Origin: Octopus vulgaris
Lineage: Eukaryota
NCBI GenBank assembly: GCA_951406725.2
Contig: OX597830.1
Span: 74,214,001 to 74,278,000 of the forward strand
Length of the DNA stretch: 64,000 bases
Direction: 5' to 3'
Part shown: one piece after another, positions 40,542-56,462 of the stretch
Position numbering within the stretch: the stretch's first letter is position 1
Layout of the letters: the number at the start of each line of letters is the position of its first letter
Translations under genes and position numbers: made by a program
Notes under the pieces: generated by a model
Told to the model about the DNA's origin: nothing
Seen by the model: only the letters and a program-made list of their open reading frames with translations
Databases searched by the model: none

Positions 40542-40936
40542 CATACATACATATAATTATATGTATACGTGCACACAAAGTTTCATGTGACTACCACAAA
40601 GTCTGTACCTGTCTATCATTTTATACAGTAATCAATCACGGAGGAGCGTAGTGTAAAGCTCAATGCACCTTGATTTCAAAAAAGCCAATCAATGAAATTA
40701 TTTCATTAAGAATATATAAACCCTAAAAATTCTGGAGTTAAGAGAGGTGAATATATTTATTTAACCACTTGTTACCCTTAGGAAAGCTGCGAAATTGGTC
40801 TAAAAAATATATACACTTTTCACACCTCCTGGTTATTTATAGATTCTATATACGTATACATATATGTATATGCGTGTATTGATACATAAATACATACATG
40901 TGCATGTATATATATACGTGTTTATGTGCCTGTCTG

Positions 40937-40969
<33 letters not shown>

Positions 40970-41052
40970 ATATCTATCTATCTATCTATATCTATCTATC
41001 TATCTATCTATCTATATCTATCTATGTATCTATTGATGTAGCTGTATTTATG

Positions 41053-41119
<67 letters not shown>

Positions 41120-41251
41120 ATGTATATATAAAAAAATGCAAAAATGGGACAAGAACGCAATACATCCAGACAGTGAAGGGAAACAAAAAGATAACAACAA
41201 AATATACACAGACGATACAAGGAAAACAAGGACGGATCATTCGGAGTTTTC

Positions 41252-41289
<38 letters not shown>

Positions 41290-41428
41290 GCATAAGTATG
41301 CAAACGGTTACCACTCAAATATATATATATATATATATAAAAGAGGGAGAAAAAAACACTTCTTCATCCATATTGAAACTCGCTTTCTAATTTGTCGTTG
41401 CGCCGATAAAGGCAAATTATTATATATG

Positions 41429-41478
<50 letters not shown>

Positions 41479-41660
41479 AACAAAGAGAGGGAGAAAGGGC
41501 AGTTAAACCCGAACTCCCACGTGTTGAATGGCCATCCGCCTTACAACATTTTCCTATCAAGGTGAAAAGTCCCTTTTATTTTATTTTATTTTTATTTTAA
41601 AAACAACGGTTATTCAACACTTTGGAGTTCGGCTTTAACTACTCTTTCTCCCTCTTTTTG

Positions 41661-42015
<355 letters not shown>

Positions 42016-42040
42016 TATACATATATATATATATCATATT

Positions 42041-42293
42041 ATAATTAAGGGTATCTAAGAGATAACACCATGCTAGAAATAGCAGTCAAAACTTGACTCT
42101 AAAGTCACTTCATATGTTCATACAGCAAAAGGTGAAAAGACAAGTAGACAAATAAACTAGCAAAAAATTTCGCTAGTTCATTTGTCTATTTGTCTTTCCA
42201 CCTTTTTGCTATATGAATATATGAAGTGGTTTTAGAGTCAATTTTTGACTACTATCTCTAGCATGGTGTTATTTCTTTGATAGCCATAATTAT
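42041..42293. repeat. fold-back inverted repeat (~120-bp arms, 10-nt loop)
   Basis: ATAACACCATGCTAG...CTAGC-AAAAAATTTC-GCTAG...CTAGCATGGTGTTAT. Confidence 0.92.
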
Positions 42294-42457
42294 TATTTTA
42301 ATAATAATTAATATCCATCCATAAGGTTTTCTTCCCATGCCGGCCACTTGATTTTATCAGTAGTTTAAAAAACGATTTCATCCATATTTATATAATAAAT
42401 TCATATATATATGTGTGTGTGTGTGTGTACATGTGTCTGTGTGTGTCAGTGTGTGTG

Positions 42458-42493
<36 letters not shown>

Positions 42494-42863
42494 CAAGATT
42501 GATGGTAAGTTTTCTTTATTGTAATATCGTCTTCACACTGGTTGCTGCTAGAAATACCAATGATATTATACTCACACCGTTACATAACTCTTAGTTACAT
42601 AACTCTTCATTTGCGTGACGCAACTGTTACGTAACTCTTAGTTCCTTGAAACCTGTCGGGATAAGATATTGAATAATTTCTCTGTGACTATCTAATTTAT
42701 CTAATTTATTACCTTCATAACCGATCGATTTCGATTTCTCCCTTAGCCCTCTTTCCTTACCGAGGGCATGTTCCTCGATGATTAAGTCGGAATTCAAATT
42801 TATTTCAACACTACTCTGTATTATTTATACTGGACTTGTTTGGCACTCATAAATTCAATATGC

Positions 42864-42936
<73 letters not shown>

Positions 42937-42941
42937 CATAC

Positions 42942-42980
<39 letters not shown>

Positions 42981-43020
42981 TATATATATATACATGTAAA
43001 TATATATATATACATTTATA

Positions 43021-43410
43021 TAGGCGCAGGAGTGGCTGTGTGGTAAGTAACTTGCTAACCAACCGGGTTCAGTCCCACTGCGTGGCATCTTGGGCAAGTG
43101 TCTTCTGCTATAGCCCCGGGCCGACCAATGCCTTGTGAGTGGATTTGGTAGACGGAAACTGAAAGAAGCCTGTCGTATATATGTATATATATGTGTATGT
43201 GTGTGTGTTTGTCCCCCTAGCATTGCTTGACAACCGATGCTGGTGTGTTTATGTCCCCGTCACTTAGCGGTTCGGCAAATGAGACCGATAGAATAAGTAC
43301 TGGGCTTACAAAGAATAAGTCCCGGGGTCGAATTGCTCGACTAAAGGCGGTGCTCCAGCATGGCCGCAGTCAAATGACTGAAACAAGGAAAAGAGTAAAG
43401 AGTAAAGAGT
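43021..43410 (+). mobile_element. SINE family B, full length
   Basis: TAGGCGCAGGAGTGGCTGTGTGGTAAG head through the AAAGAGT tail. Confidence 0.92.
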
Positions 43411-43425
43411 ATGTACATACATACA

Positions 43426-43478
<53 letters not shown>

Positions 43479-44254
43479 AAGATTCGGTTGAATTAGGTAC
43501 TTAAATTGAGATACCCAGTCAGTATTCATGTAATGCTTGCAGCGACCGATTAAATTGAGCCGCTTGAAACGGCCGTAATGCACTAATACCTGGACGTTCT
43601 TGTTAATTATTTGCTATATATATATATAATTCTCCCACACGTGCATAGACATATACTCAGACAAACACATACGCACGTATATATTTTCTCGAGTATACAT
43701 CACATATCACATGTTTTATGAAGAATTTGGTAGAAAATTTTGTAATACGAATTTACTGGGATGATGACACTACACAAACCATGAGCTGAAGATATTACGT
43801 TGCAAATCTGCTGTTAGAGCGATTACATAAGAAAAATATGTTGTTAGTAACAAAATAAGTTACGAGCATGATTATGGTAAGTCGCTACATACTTCGTATG
43901 AAACTGATAATATATTATGCATGTCAGTAAAGTTAGTTAAACAAAAATTATCAAAAAAAAAAAGACATATTTGTGAGGAAAAAATTATTACTTGCAACTT
44001 GAAATCTAATTCAAGTCCATCAAATGCGGTTTCTTCATCACTACTGCTGCTACTAATATAATTCCTTATATCTGTTCTTTGAACGATACATTTGTTCCAT
44101 AAAGTCGTTACTTCCTTTGTTCTGTCTTTCTCTTCTTGCTTAACTACATAACCAGCCCATAAAATGTACTCAGACCCATCCAAGTTATCTGATAATCTTG
44201 TTCTGATGAACATTTTCGCCATCTCAAAACGGAATATCATCTCAGGAATTATTT

Positions 44255-45115
44255 ACTAGTTTAGTCAGCTTATCTGTCCTTCCGAACGTTTCAGTGATTT
44301 CACGGGAGCACGCCATCTATCACGGTCTTCCATGCATGTTCTTAATTTTTCGACATTTGCCATTCCACTGTCCTGAAGCAGGTTATCCACATAGGTTAGA
44401 AGTTTTCTTCGCCTGTTGAGTCTTCCTTCAACTGACTGCCATAAGACCAGTTCACACACAGGTCCTTCTGAATACCTGACACAATGTCCAGTGATTCTCA
44501 TTCCTTTCTACCGAAACTTCTCAGCCACTCTGAGTAGATCTTGGTAAAGCTGCTCGCTGGTGAAATGCGCTCTCCATGTAATATTCCGAGCCATTCTTAA
44601 CATTTTCGTGTAGCAACCATCTATTTGTTTTTCAAGCCTTTTAGCAAAGCTCCAAATTTCAGCACCGTACAACAAAACTGACTCTACCGTGTAGACAATC
44701 AACCTAATTTACAATTTAGAAAAAAAACCTAAAAGACCAGATTTGATGCAGTTTGTGATATGCACTCCAAGTGAGTGCCTTCCGCACAGTAAAGTCCTTT
44801 TCCCTACTTTCCATTCAAGCATCAATGTACTTGAAGTTAGTACTAAAGTTGTTACAAGACACGAGTTTGATGCTTCACCCTTAGAGCAGTATCTTCTAGT
44901 CTGAAAGTCGTCGAAGTCATCCATATCTCATTTACTGTCACCAAAACTAAAGGTCGTGGTAAATACATGAAGCTGACTTGATATCGTTGCTTGGGCTGTG
45001 TTCACTAAGTTCATTTTCTCTTCCACTTTTTCTATCTTGCGCACACGAAAGCAAGTGCCTGAATACGAAGGACTTTGGTACCGTATTCCGTATTTGGTTT
45101 AACCATACTATACTG
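44255..45115 (-). mobile_element. RTE-clade LINE, decayed 3' portion of the RT ORF
   Basis: Frames give GRENEL, NFKYIDA*MESREKDFTVRKALTWSAYHKLHQIWS, TVESVLLYGAEIW...IDGCYTKMLRMARNITW and GHCVR...LVLWQ...MEDRDRWR. Confidence 0.88.
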
Positions 45116-46160
45116 CCATGTTTAGCTACCAAGACCTAGGGATGGCAATCGACCAAAACTCCAGATGATTTCTCTTCTTTCTTTGGTAAAGCTTTCCTCA
45201 TAAATATCCCTATATATCTTAAGCTTAGTTCCATCTGCTATACATAAAATGTAAATATACATTTTCAGTGAATGTACTCTACAAATTATTTGACTTATTT
45301 CATTTGGCGTCAACTGCACATGTTTCCAATGAGATACTAGAACCTTCCAAGTAGTTCCAACTGTAACATTAAGCTGAGAATCATGTAGCTTTATTCGCTT
45401 GAAAATATGATTGAAAACATTTATCTTCTAAATCACACTGGCATATCTTGGATTTCTTTCAGGGACAAAGTCTATTTCTCAATGATGGATCCAGTAACAT
45501 TAAACGTTGCATTAGGAGATATCAGACACACATATACCAGAGTCACAAAGTTATCACTGCTCCTCTTTTCTGTAATCCTGTCTAATCATTTCTTTTTTTT
45601 CTATCTCTGGACACAGAAGCGGTTTTCCATTATATCCCCCTTTTGTCGATTTTCTAGCAAAGAATTTTCTTGCTTCTTCTAATCTCTCACAACTTTCAAT
45701 GATACATAAAACTCATTCTTAAAAGCACTGTTGCCATTGGCTGCTGCAAATTCCAAAACTGAAACTCTGAAAGCAGCAAGAAACCATGTCCCTTACATTA
45801 GTAGTAGCTGTGATGACAATATCTGAATGAGATAAGGTTTTATAGTTTTATACTTACCTTCATAACAAGTTTACGATCAGCTCATCAAACTCTAATGAAA
45901 CGTCTCAAAGTTAGGCAAGAAGGTAAAAACTTAAAACTTGATGTTGCTTTTAACACAGCATCTTAACTACTGCGATAAATTATGGGAGTGAGGTAGAGCA
46001 GACGAAGTGAGAGTGATATGCCATCATAATACCTAATTGCCAAACACACACACACACATACACACACACTTGTGTATATGTATACATTTATATATGTATG
46101 CATGTATCTAGGGAGAATCATTAAGCCAATATATGCTCGTATATATGTATATATGTATAT

Positions 46161-46204
<44 letters not shown>

Positions 46205-46890
46205 GTATATATATATACATATACATATATATATATATATATATATGTATATGTATATATATGTATATATATGTATATATATACATATACATATATATAT
46301 ATGTATATGTATATATATATGTATATATATATATATAGGTATGTACATATATATACGCATATATGTATATTATATATGTGTACATTCATATGTATGTACA
46401 CACAAACATATACACACCTATTTCAATATGCATGTGTATACATAGACACATAGCTCTGCGTATGTGTCTGTCCTTCCTGTAATATGGTAAACAACTTTTT
46501 ACTATTTATCTATCACCTGAAAGTTCACTGAATTTTTCATGGTGTATAATTATGAAAGACTCTCCGTTACACTCCAGCTAAAATACATGCACCCACCTTT
46601 ACGCATGACTGTGCACGCCCACACACAAACAAACACAATACTCAGACAAACACACCTATACACACACACACACACATACATATGTACACACACATACATA
46701 CATATGTGTCTGTATGTGTATGGATGCTTCGAAGTATAGTCATGGTGTATTTGAAACCATGATATACATATATGTATTTATCATACGTAGCTAAATATCT
46801 ATCCATATCTATGTATCTCCCTCTAACTCACTCTTTCTATCTCTATCTCTGTCTTTCTGTCTGTCTGCCTTACTACCTCTCTCTTTCTTT

Positions 46891-47033
<143 letters not shown>

Positions 47034-47097
47034 ATCTATCTATCTATCTATCTTTCTATCTATCTATCTATCTATCTATCTATCAATCAATCAATCA

Positions 47098-47155
<58 letters not shown>

Positions 47156-47166
47156 TTATCTTTCTT

Positions 47167-47233
<67 letters not shown>

Positions 47234-47520
47234 CTCTCTCTATATATATATACACACACATGCATGCATATATATAGATATGCAAACACATATATACGTA
47301 TTTGTGTGTTTGTGTGTGTGTGTGAATACATATATTAGCATACGTACATTCATAAATACTCACATATATCTTTACATATACATTCATTTATGAGTTATTC
47401 TATTAGTAGTCTACCTCTCCCTTTTCTTTTTCTCTTTCTCTCTCTGTCTACACACATACACACACACACACACAGGCACACACATATTTATTACAAGCAT
47501 ACATATATATGTATGTATGT

Positions 47521-47750
47521 GAAGGCATGTGGCTTAACGGTTAGGATATTCGGCACACGATCACAAGGCGACGCGTTTTGTCCTTGAGCAAGATATTTTA
47601 TTTTACGTTGTTCCAGTCAGGTCAGCCTTGACACACTCTGTGTCACGTTAAGGGTTCACGTGTTTGTGGAGTGCTTAGCCACATGCATGTTAATTTCACG
47701 AGCAATCTTTTCAAGGGGAGCCTTCGTCCTCGTGATCAAGGGAGTGCCAG
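47521..47750 (+). mobile_element. tRNA-derived SINE, family D, diverged
   Basis: GAAGGCATGTGGCTTAACGGTTAG head and GTCCTTGAGCAAGA block shared with 62264-62557. Confidence 0.65.
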
Positions 47751-47912
47751 TACATATATATGTATGCATGTAGACAAAATACTAGGCTTAAAAAATAAGT
47801 CCATCTGTTCGACTAAAAACTTTTAAGGCGGTGCTCCAGCATGCCCGCAGTTAAATGACCGAAACAATTAAAAGAATAAAAGAATACAGTTCCTAATGTT
47901 ATTTAGTCATAA

Positions 47913-48183
47913 AAAGGCGGCGGTCTGGCAGAATCGTTAGCACGCCAGGCGAAATGCTTAGCAGTATTTCGTCTGCTGTTACGTTCTGAGTTCAAATTCC
48001 GCCGAGGTTGACTTTGCCTTTCATCCTTTCGGGGTCGATAAATTAAGTACCAGTTACGCACTGGGGTCGATATAATCGACTTAATCCGTTTGTCTGTCCT
48101 TGTCTGTCCTTGTTTGTCCACTCTATATTTAGCCCCTTGTGGGTAGTAAAGAAATAGGTATTTCTTCTGTCGTTACTTTCTGA
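47913..48183 (+). mobile_element. SINE family A, young copy running into the gap
   Basis: Near-consensus; start of a second internal unit at 48156-48183. Confidence 0.9.
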
Positions 48184-48283
48184 NNNNNNNNNNNNNNNNN
48201 NNNNNNNNNNNNNNNNNNNNNNNNNNNNNNNNNNNNNNNNNNNNNNNNNNNNNNNNNNNNNNNNNNNNNNNNNNNNNNNNNNN
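48184..48283. other. assembly gap (100 N)
   Basis: Run of N. Confidence 0.99.
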
Positions 48284-48380
48284 ATTTACCCAACGTCACA
48301 TACATATGAAAATATAGACGAGTGTGTATACATACCCAGGCACATATATTTCTACATACACGCACATACACATATATATG

Positions 48381-48411
<31 letters not shown>

Positions 48412-48525
48412 ATATGTACATCTATATTTATATATATATCTATATATATGAACATATGTATTTATATACACATACACACACAATTATATGTAAATATCTA
48501 TATGTATGTATGTATGTATCTATCT

Positions 48526-48640
<115 letters not shown>

Positions 48641-49067
48641 CAAACAGACAGACAGGCAGACACAATATTCGAAATGCTAATTAGATTTAATGAAAATAAG
48701 GATAGATTTCATATGTCCACCCATCAGCTCAAGCACTGTGTCTCATAATGAAGCAGACTATCTCACTCAAAGTCCCTCTCTTACTGTCTCACACTATTTC
48801 CGCATTCATTCTAATCTATGCTTTTGAAATAACCACACACACATACACTCACTTATGTATATATATATAGAGAGATAGATAGATAGATAGATAGATAAAT
48901 AGATATATACATGGACACACACATATCCATTTGTCTCTTTCGATATGTTTATGTATATATATATATTTATATATATATATATATATGATTGTATATTTGT
49001 GTATATATACATACGTATATATGTATAAGTATGTATGTTTGTATATATATATATATATATATGTATG

Positions 49068-49137
<70 letters not shown>

Positions 49138-49549
49138 TATATGTATCTAGATATATGTATGTGTGTATATATATATATTATATATATATATGCATTTGTA
49201 TATGTATATTTATGATGTGATGTAAATATATATTCGCCTTTCATTAATTCCTTCTTTCTTGGAATTTAGGATCTCTGCATATGAATCATAAACTCATTTC
49301 TCCTTTGATGCTTTATGTTTATTGCAAATTATATATTTAGTTATATATCCACGTACACACAGACACACACACACACACCACTATAACACACATGTACGCA
49401 CACACACACGTGTGTAGAGATACACGTGTATGCATCCAAGTATACGCACTCTTAGGTACTCCAGAGCAGATATATAGAAGGCCAGACATGCAACTATATA
49501 TGCCTACGTGTATAATTAATATATTAATATATATACATATATACATACA

Positions 49550-49618
<69 letters not shown>

Positions 49619-49655
49619 ATATATATATGTGTCTATATATATATGTATATATATG

Positions 49656-49705
<50 letters not shown>

Positions 49706-49984
49706 ATTTATATATATATATTTATATATATATATATAATTATATATATGTATGTGCGTGTGTGTGTGATTTTGTCTGTGCGTGTGTATGTGTGAGTCTA
49801 TGCGTGCGTATATGTGAGTATCTGTGTGCGCGTGTACTTATTGATATCTGTAGAGAATTAATATTCTGTTTACGTGTGAAATGAATTCCTTTTCAATATT
49901 GATTGTAATTGATGGACAAAACTATCTATCATCTTTCTGAATGTATTCCAGTTGATGCCTCTTGTACAGCTTCTTCCTCTGAAA

Positions 49985-50050
49985 GTTATTACAGTTATTA
50001 CTATTATCATTATTATCATCATCGTCCCCACCACCACCACCACCACCACC

Positions 50051-50099
<49 letters not shown>

Positions 50100-50101
50100 A
50101 C

Positions 50102-50133
<32 letters not shown>

Positions 50134-50189
50134 CATCATCATTATCATCATCATCATTATCATCATCCTTATCATCATTATAATTATCC

Positions 50190-50263
<74 letters not shown>

Positions 50264-50282
50264 GTTATTATTATTATTATTA

Positions 50283-50320
<38 letters not shown>

Positions 50321-50345
50321 GTTATTATTATTATTATTATTATTC
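49985..50345. repeat. compound (CAC)n-(CAT)n-(TAT)n triplet repeat
   Basis: Direct reading. Confidence 0.97.
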
Positions 50346-50399
50346 TACTTGTTGTTGTTTTACATCTCAGAGCACTCGGTCACATTTGCTCTCGTTGAT

Positions 50400-50582
50400 T
50401 TTGTGAGAGTGGATCCTAGACACCCTCACCTTGGAGGATTTCCATGGGATCTTCATGAAGTGGCTGGAGTGCTACAAGTGCATTGAAATCAGAGGAACGT
50501 GTTTTGAAAGAGATTAGTGTTTTGAACTCTTTTGAAATTAATGTTTCTACTGAAAAAGTCTCAAAAGTTGTGGAACGAACAT
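50400..50582 (+). mobile_element. mariner transposon 3' fragment
   Basis: TLTLEDFHGIFMKWLECYKCIEIRGTCFERD* resembles a mariner transposase C-terminus (W..R..KCI...G.YFEGD), followed by a TIR-like end. Confidence 0.7.
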
Positions 50583-52880
50583 TGAAGATTTCATCTCTAG
50601 AGACCAGCTATTTGGCGAAGCCGAGAGGCAAGTCCTCAACAAAGTTCTTGTTCTAAAACTTCTCATTGTCCCCTGCAAGCAAGTTTGAAAAGCTTTTTTC
50701 TTTTCTTGGTGACAATGAATACGAATAAGAAGAAAAATTATCTGCTATGTCATGAGAGGAAGGCATTTGGTAGGTTATAACGTTCATCATCCTGGAGGGA
50801 ACTAACGGCTTCTTAGAGCTAAAAATATACGCAGTGTAGGTGATACCTACACTGTGTACCTGAAGGAGATCCCGGATTTAAACTATTAACTAAATTGGGT
50901 GAAACTCCACCTCACGGTAGAGAGGACATTTTTATATATTTAGCAATGCCAACAATCAGAATGCCTTCTGCTCAAAACAGAATGCAAAAGCATGCAGTCT
51001 CTCGCAGCTTCTGAAACCACATAGTTGGCCCTGTAACCTCAACTAAGCAGAAACTTCAACAATCACAAGAGCAAATGCAAGTTATTTGAAAACAGTAAGA
51101 GCCACTGCAGCAACGACAACACGAAACCGTATCCACAAAATCCGATGCAGTTTAAATTAAGAATTAATTAAGAAATATGTTACTTAATGCTCAATATGCT
51201 TTCAACTATTGGTACAAGGCCTGAAAATTTGGTGGGAGGGATGAAGTCGAATTCAAGCGACGCCAGTGCTCAACCAGGATTTATTTTTTTGACTGTGATA
51301 GGATTGAAGGCAAAGTCAACCTCGGCAGAATTCTAACTTAGGGCATATATAGGTCCCCTCCCCCCCAAAAAAAAAACGACGCTAATAATTTTGTTCGACA
51401 TGCTAACGATTCATCCAGCTTGTTGTCTCACTCAATTCTCATAACGGAAGTGTATCCTGATTACGGACATAATGAAAATTTCCCTGAAATGACTGGATCA
51501 TTAGAACGTTAACTAGAATAGCTCTTGGGTGTGTTCCGGCTCTCTGCTCCCGTGTTCACGATCTCTCGCACTCAACGTTAAATTTTATCCTTTAGCGGTA
51601 GATGAATAAACGCACCAAACTCGTAAAGATGTCCATTATTTCACGTCTCCAATTTTCATCCTCTCTCTCACTCTCTCTCCCTCTCCCTCTCCTCCCTCTC
51701 TGTCCGTTTGTCTCGCTGGATTGCTTATCACCAATTATTTTTTTAATTATAATTTTATAATTTTCCACAAAGTCCCAAGAAAGACTTTGTTTCATGAAAG
51801 CCGAAAGAAAGAACATAAAACTACCTTTACATTATGCTTTTGTGTTTGTTATGCAAGATTCTTGATGGGAAATCTTGATTTGAAGCAGGTTACTTTTCGT
51901 GTCTCTTGAGGTTCATTATGCCAATAATAAGCAGATACACTAGTTCCATATAATTTCTTTTCGTATTATTAATCAACTGATTAAAGTGGCAGAATCTGTA
52001 GCACGCCTGGCAAAATGTCTTGCGGCATTACGTCCATCTTTACCTTCTGAGTTCAAATCCCTACGATATCGATTTCATGCTTTCGGGCTCAATAAAACAA
52101 GTTTCCAGTTAAGCACAGTACTTGTAATCGACTTACTCCTTCCTCAGAAAGTGCTGGTCTTGTGCTAAAATTTAAAACCTTCATTAATGAATTGATTAAC
52201 CAGTTGATGGAATAATTATTCGATTGCTTCATTAATTGTTCAAGAAATCAATCAATAAGCTAGTCCTTACGTCGACATTCGCAACGATATCAATGTTCTG
52301 CCATCAGAGATGACGAGAAGAATATTTTACAAATATAGCTGATTGATTGACCGAAACATTAAAGAAACATTCGATTGATTAATTAGCTAGATTGTTAAAG
52401 AATTGACTAAGGATAATTAAAGAAATGAAATTAAACCAATGTATGTATTTATTTTTAGCACGATGACCTTCCCGATGTATACTTTTATATTCATCTATTA
52501 AATTCCACGAAAGAAACAAGAATATTGTTAAAGAGAAACTGCTTTGTTAGTCGAAGTTATAGACGTGAATCCAACGTAACCTGCCTTAGATTCACATGAT
52601 ATAGCAGCATTTGAGGGAGATTTAGCATGCAGGCAAATGACTAGAATTGTTAAAGAGAAGCATAAGATACACTGAGGTATATATTTAGACACTGTACAGT
52701 CTCAGATCAAGATCATCCCGGGGCAAACGTTTGTGTTTCATCCTTCAGTAACAGTCAACAAAAGAATTGTAACAAAGTCGAATGAGGTTCCTTGCCCTTA
52801 TTGCTTCGTCACTTTCTTTCTGAATTAAAATTCTGTCGATAGCTACGGGTAATCAACTGAGGGAATTGCTACAGTTGCTC

Positions 52881-52914
<34 letters not shown>

Positions 52915-53731
52915 GCATATACCAACATATACCAGTTTTCTACTTCAAGTAGGAGAAATGCAGCTCAGTATGGGAATAGTGAATATACATACTTCTTATT
53001 TCTTATCGGCTAAAGTTCAGAATCCTTAGGCCGCAGCACACCTCACAGCATTGCTAGAAACCAGAGAAACCAGCCCCACTTAAGGCGTACTAAAATGGAC
53101 AGCAGATGGACATCCGGGAGTCATGACTTGGATGCGACCCGACCCCACTAGAGTGTCAGAAGTTAAGGGCCCGAAACACTTGTCTAAAGGGGGTTTCTCC
53201 TCTGAGGACCACCTGCACTTACTCTCTCCCCAAGTCTCTTTTCACTTATATATATATTTATTTATATAAATGTATATATGCATATATATATATATGCATA
53301 TATACATATGGTACACACAGTTTGTACACAGACATAAAATTGACTCACAATGCTTTGGTCTACCACAGGGTATAAAATAAGCCACATATGCAAAGTGCAA
53401 TGCAGTTGAACTGAAACCACACCTAAGTGGTTGTAAAAGGAAATTCTGAAACATAGTTGTGCTGCGCCTATGGAGAGAGAGAAAAAGAGGTCACCTGGTG
53501 GTGACTCATTGCGCTGCACTGCATTTGCCAAATAACAACTGCACAGTAGATTCGAATATTTGTAAGAGTAACAAAAAAAAAATCGGAAACTTTAAAAAAA
53601 TTGCTGCACAAGACCAATACCCATTGTGTCAGACTTTGGGAGGAATCAAAGAGTAGAAAACTTTGACGCCTGAAGTAATTTGAGTTTTACCCATTTTGCT
53701 TAAATGATACAACTTAAATATATATGTATTT

Positions 53732-53772
<41 letters not shown>

Positions 53773-53857
53773 TGTGCGTGTGTGATTATGTATTTATACA
53801 TATATAGGTATACATATATCTGTATATATGTGTGTGCGTATGTTTGTATATGTATAC

Positions 53858-53970
<113 letters not shown>

Positions 53971-53997
53971 GTTTATGCCTATTCATATGCATACGAT

Positions 53998-54440
53998 CGC
54001 ACTCGTCGGATTTTTTGTTTCCATGCAACAAGACTGAACACATCGTGTGGTGACTATAAACCCACGTCTCATCACCAGTGAGGTTTGCAGCACAAATCCT
54101 CCGTTAAAATTTAATGCACTTATCCTGTGCTTATTTTGACTTGCTGAGCAATTTTCTATATAGGTCCTCGAAGGTCTTCAAGACTATTCGCTGAACCATT
54201 TCAATCGGCTCCTCATTCCAGTTTGTTCGTGGCCTGCCTGAGCGCGACTCGCTCACCACTGATGTACTGCCATATTTGAAACAGCTGTACCATTTCCTGA
54301 TTTGAGTTTTACCCATGGCGTCGTTGTAAAATCCTACTGAAACTTCTGAGTGGTTCAAGGTTCTGTATCACCAAGCTTTTGGCAAAAACTGATGCAGCAT
54401 TTCTGCACTATGCATTCAGTGAAAGCGAAAATCCGACGTC
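53998..54440 (-). mobile_element. mariner transposon 5' fragment (HTH region)
   Basis: AMGKTQIRKWYSCFKYGSTSVVSESRSGRPRT is a typical mariner N-terminal HTH followed by the RSGRP linker. Confidence 0.8.
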
Positions 54441-54731
54441 ATTATACGAGCCAAGTATTATCAAACCACTTTGATAATACTTGGAAAGCTAGTCGTTTGG
54501 AATTTTCTTCTACTACATTTCTTTAAAGGGTCTGATAAGGGCTGATTGGTTCCATATCGTAATCTTTGTAATAGGACTAATCACCATGAAACATTTGATG
54601 TGATCCTTTAAGTTCTACATAAGTGTATACATGTGTGCGTATGCAAGGTCTACGTATGTGTGGAACTCGACGTTCTCCAGGTGTTCTGAATGTTGAAATA
54701 CCGAGATTCCAATAACGAATCTTACAACTGA

Positions 54732-54950
<219 letters not shown>

Positions 54951-55064
54951 TGTTGGCCTGCTCGCTTAGCCAGCGGGGTGGCGTCATTCCAAGGGTAAAA
55001 CGATGCGAACGCATTGTGACCAGCGATGTGTAACAACATCTGATGGCCTGGTCGGTCACGTGAT

Positions 55065-55139
<75 letters not shown>

Positions 55140-55478
55140 AAAATATATGTATATATATATATATATATAAATTCATATATTTATATTATGTATATGTATG
55201 TATGTATGTGTATATATATATGCGCGTGTGAGATTGTATGTGGAATTGAACGGATATAGATATATCGATAGATGGACATCGAGCAACTGAAAAAGAGAAA
55301 GAGAGAGAGAGAGAGTGGAGAGAGAGAGAGAGAGACATATATATTATCATGACTAGTATCGTGTAATGCAAAAGTATCGCGGTTCTTGTATTTGCATAAC
55401 ATTTACTAATACTGAAATTCACTTAAACCTAAACATACGGCTCTGTAACCATACACTTACATGTATATATGTGTGTGC

Positions 55479-55522
<44 letters not shown>

Positions 55523-55684
55523 ATATATATATCTGTGTGTGTGTTTATGTTTGTGCAGTTACGTGTTCGCTAATATATATATATATATATATATGAATGT
55601 GCATGTGTGAGTGTGTGTTAGAATCTGTGCATCCTTATTTTGCATATTACATTAAAATCTGGGTTCCGCTGCACATTAAACAAT

Positions 55685-55743
<59 letters not shown>

Positions 55744-56090
55744 AAGTGCCGATCTCTCACATTCACTCAAAAGTACACAACATACTCATTCACATATTCA
55801 TACGTACACAAGCACACAAACACACAGAGAGAAAAGCAAACATATTCACAAAAGAGTCTTTTTAAAACCATCATCCATGGAATCATTGAATATGGATAAC
55901 TTATTGATATAACGGCCCTCTTTAATCTGTGAAATATTTAACAAAAACTAATACAAAGCAACCGAAAATGAGAATTTTATGATAGAATGTGTTGACTTTG
56001 CAGTGCATGCAAATTTGTGTAAACGATATTTATTTAAATTATATTACACTTATAAACGTCTGCAAAATATAAAATACGTGTATGTATATG

Positions 56091-56157
<67 letters not shown>

Positions 56158-56211
56158 GTGTGTATGTTTGTATATGTATGTATGTGTGTATATACATGTA
56201 TATATATACTC

Positions 56212-56256
<45 letters not shown>

Positions 56257-56425
56257 TACGCAAATATCATATATGTGCGTGTGCGTATGTGTTTATGTGT
56301 GTGTGTGTGTGTATGTAGTATTATACAACTTTTCGGCTAAACCTATCTTCAAACCGCAAAAGCACGGCAAGCTGAGTAAATATAAAAGAGATATAGATTC
56401 ATATTTATATAAGCTTATATGTAAT

Positions 56426-56462
<37 letters not shown>

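Noticed and set aside
50832-50854. 10-bp perfect hairpin CAGTGTAGGT-GAT-ACCTACACTG
   Set aside because: Isolated, short, no associated motif; insufficient to assign a function.
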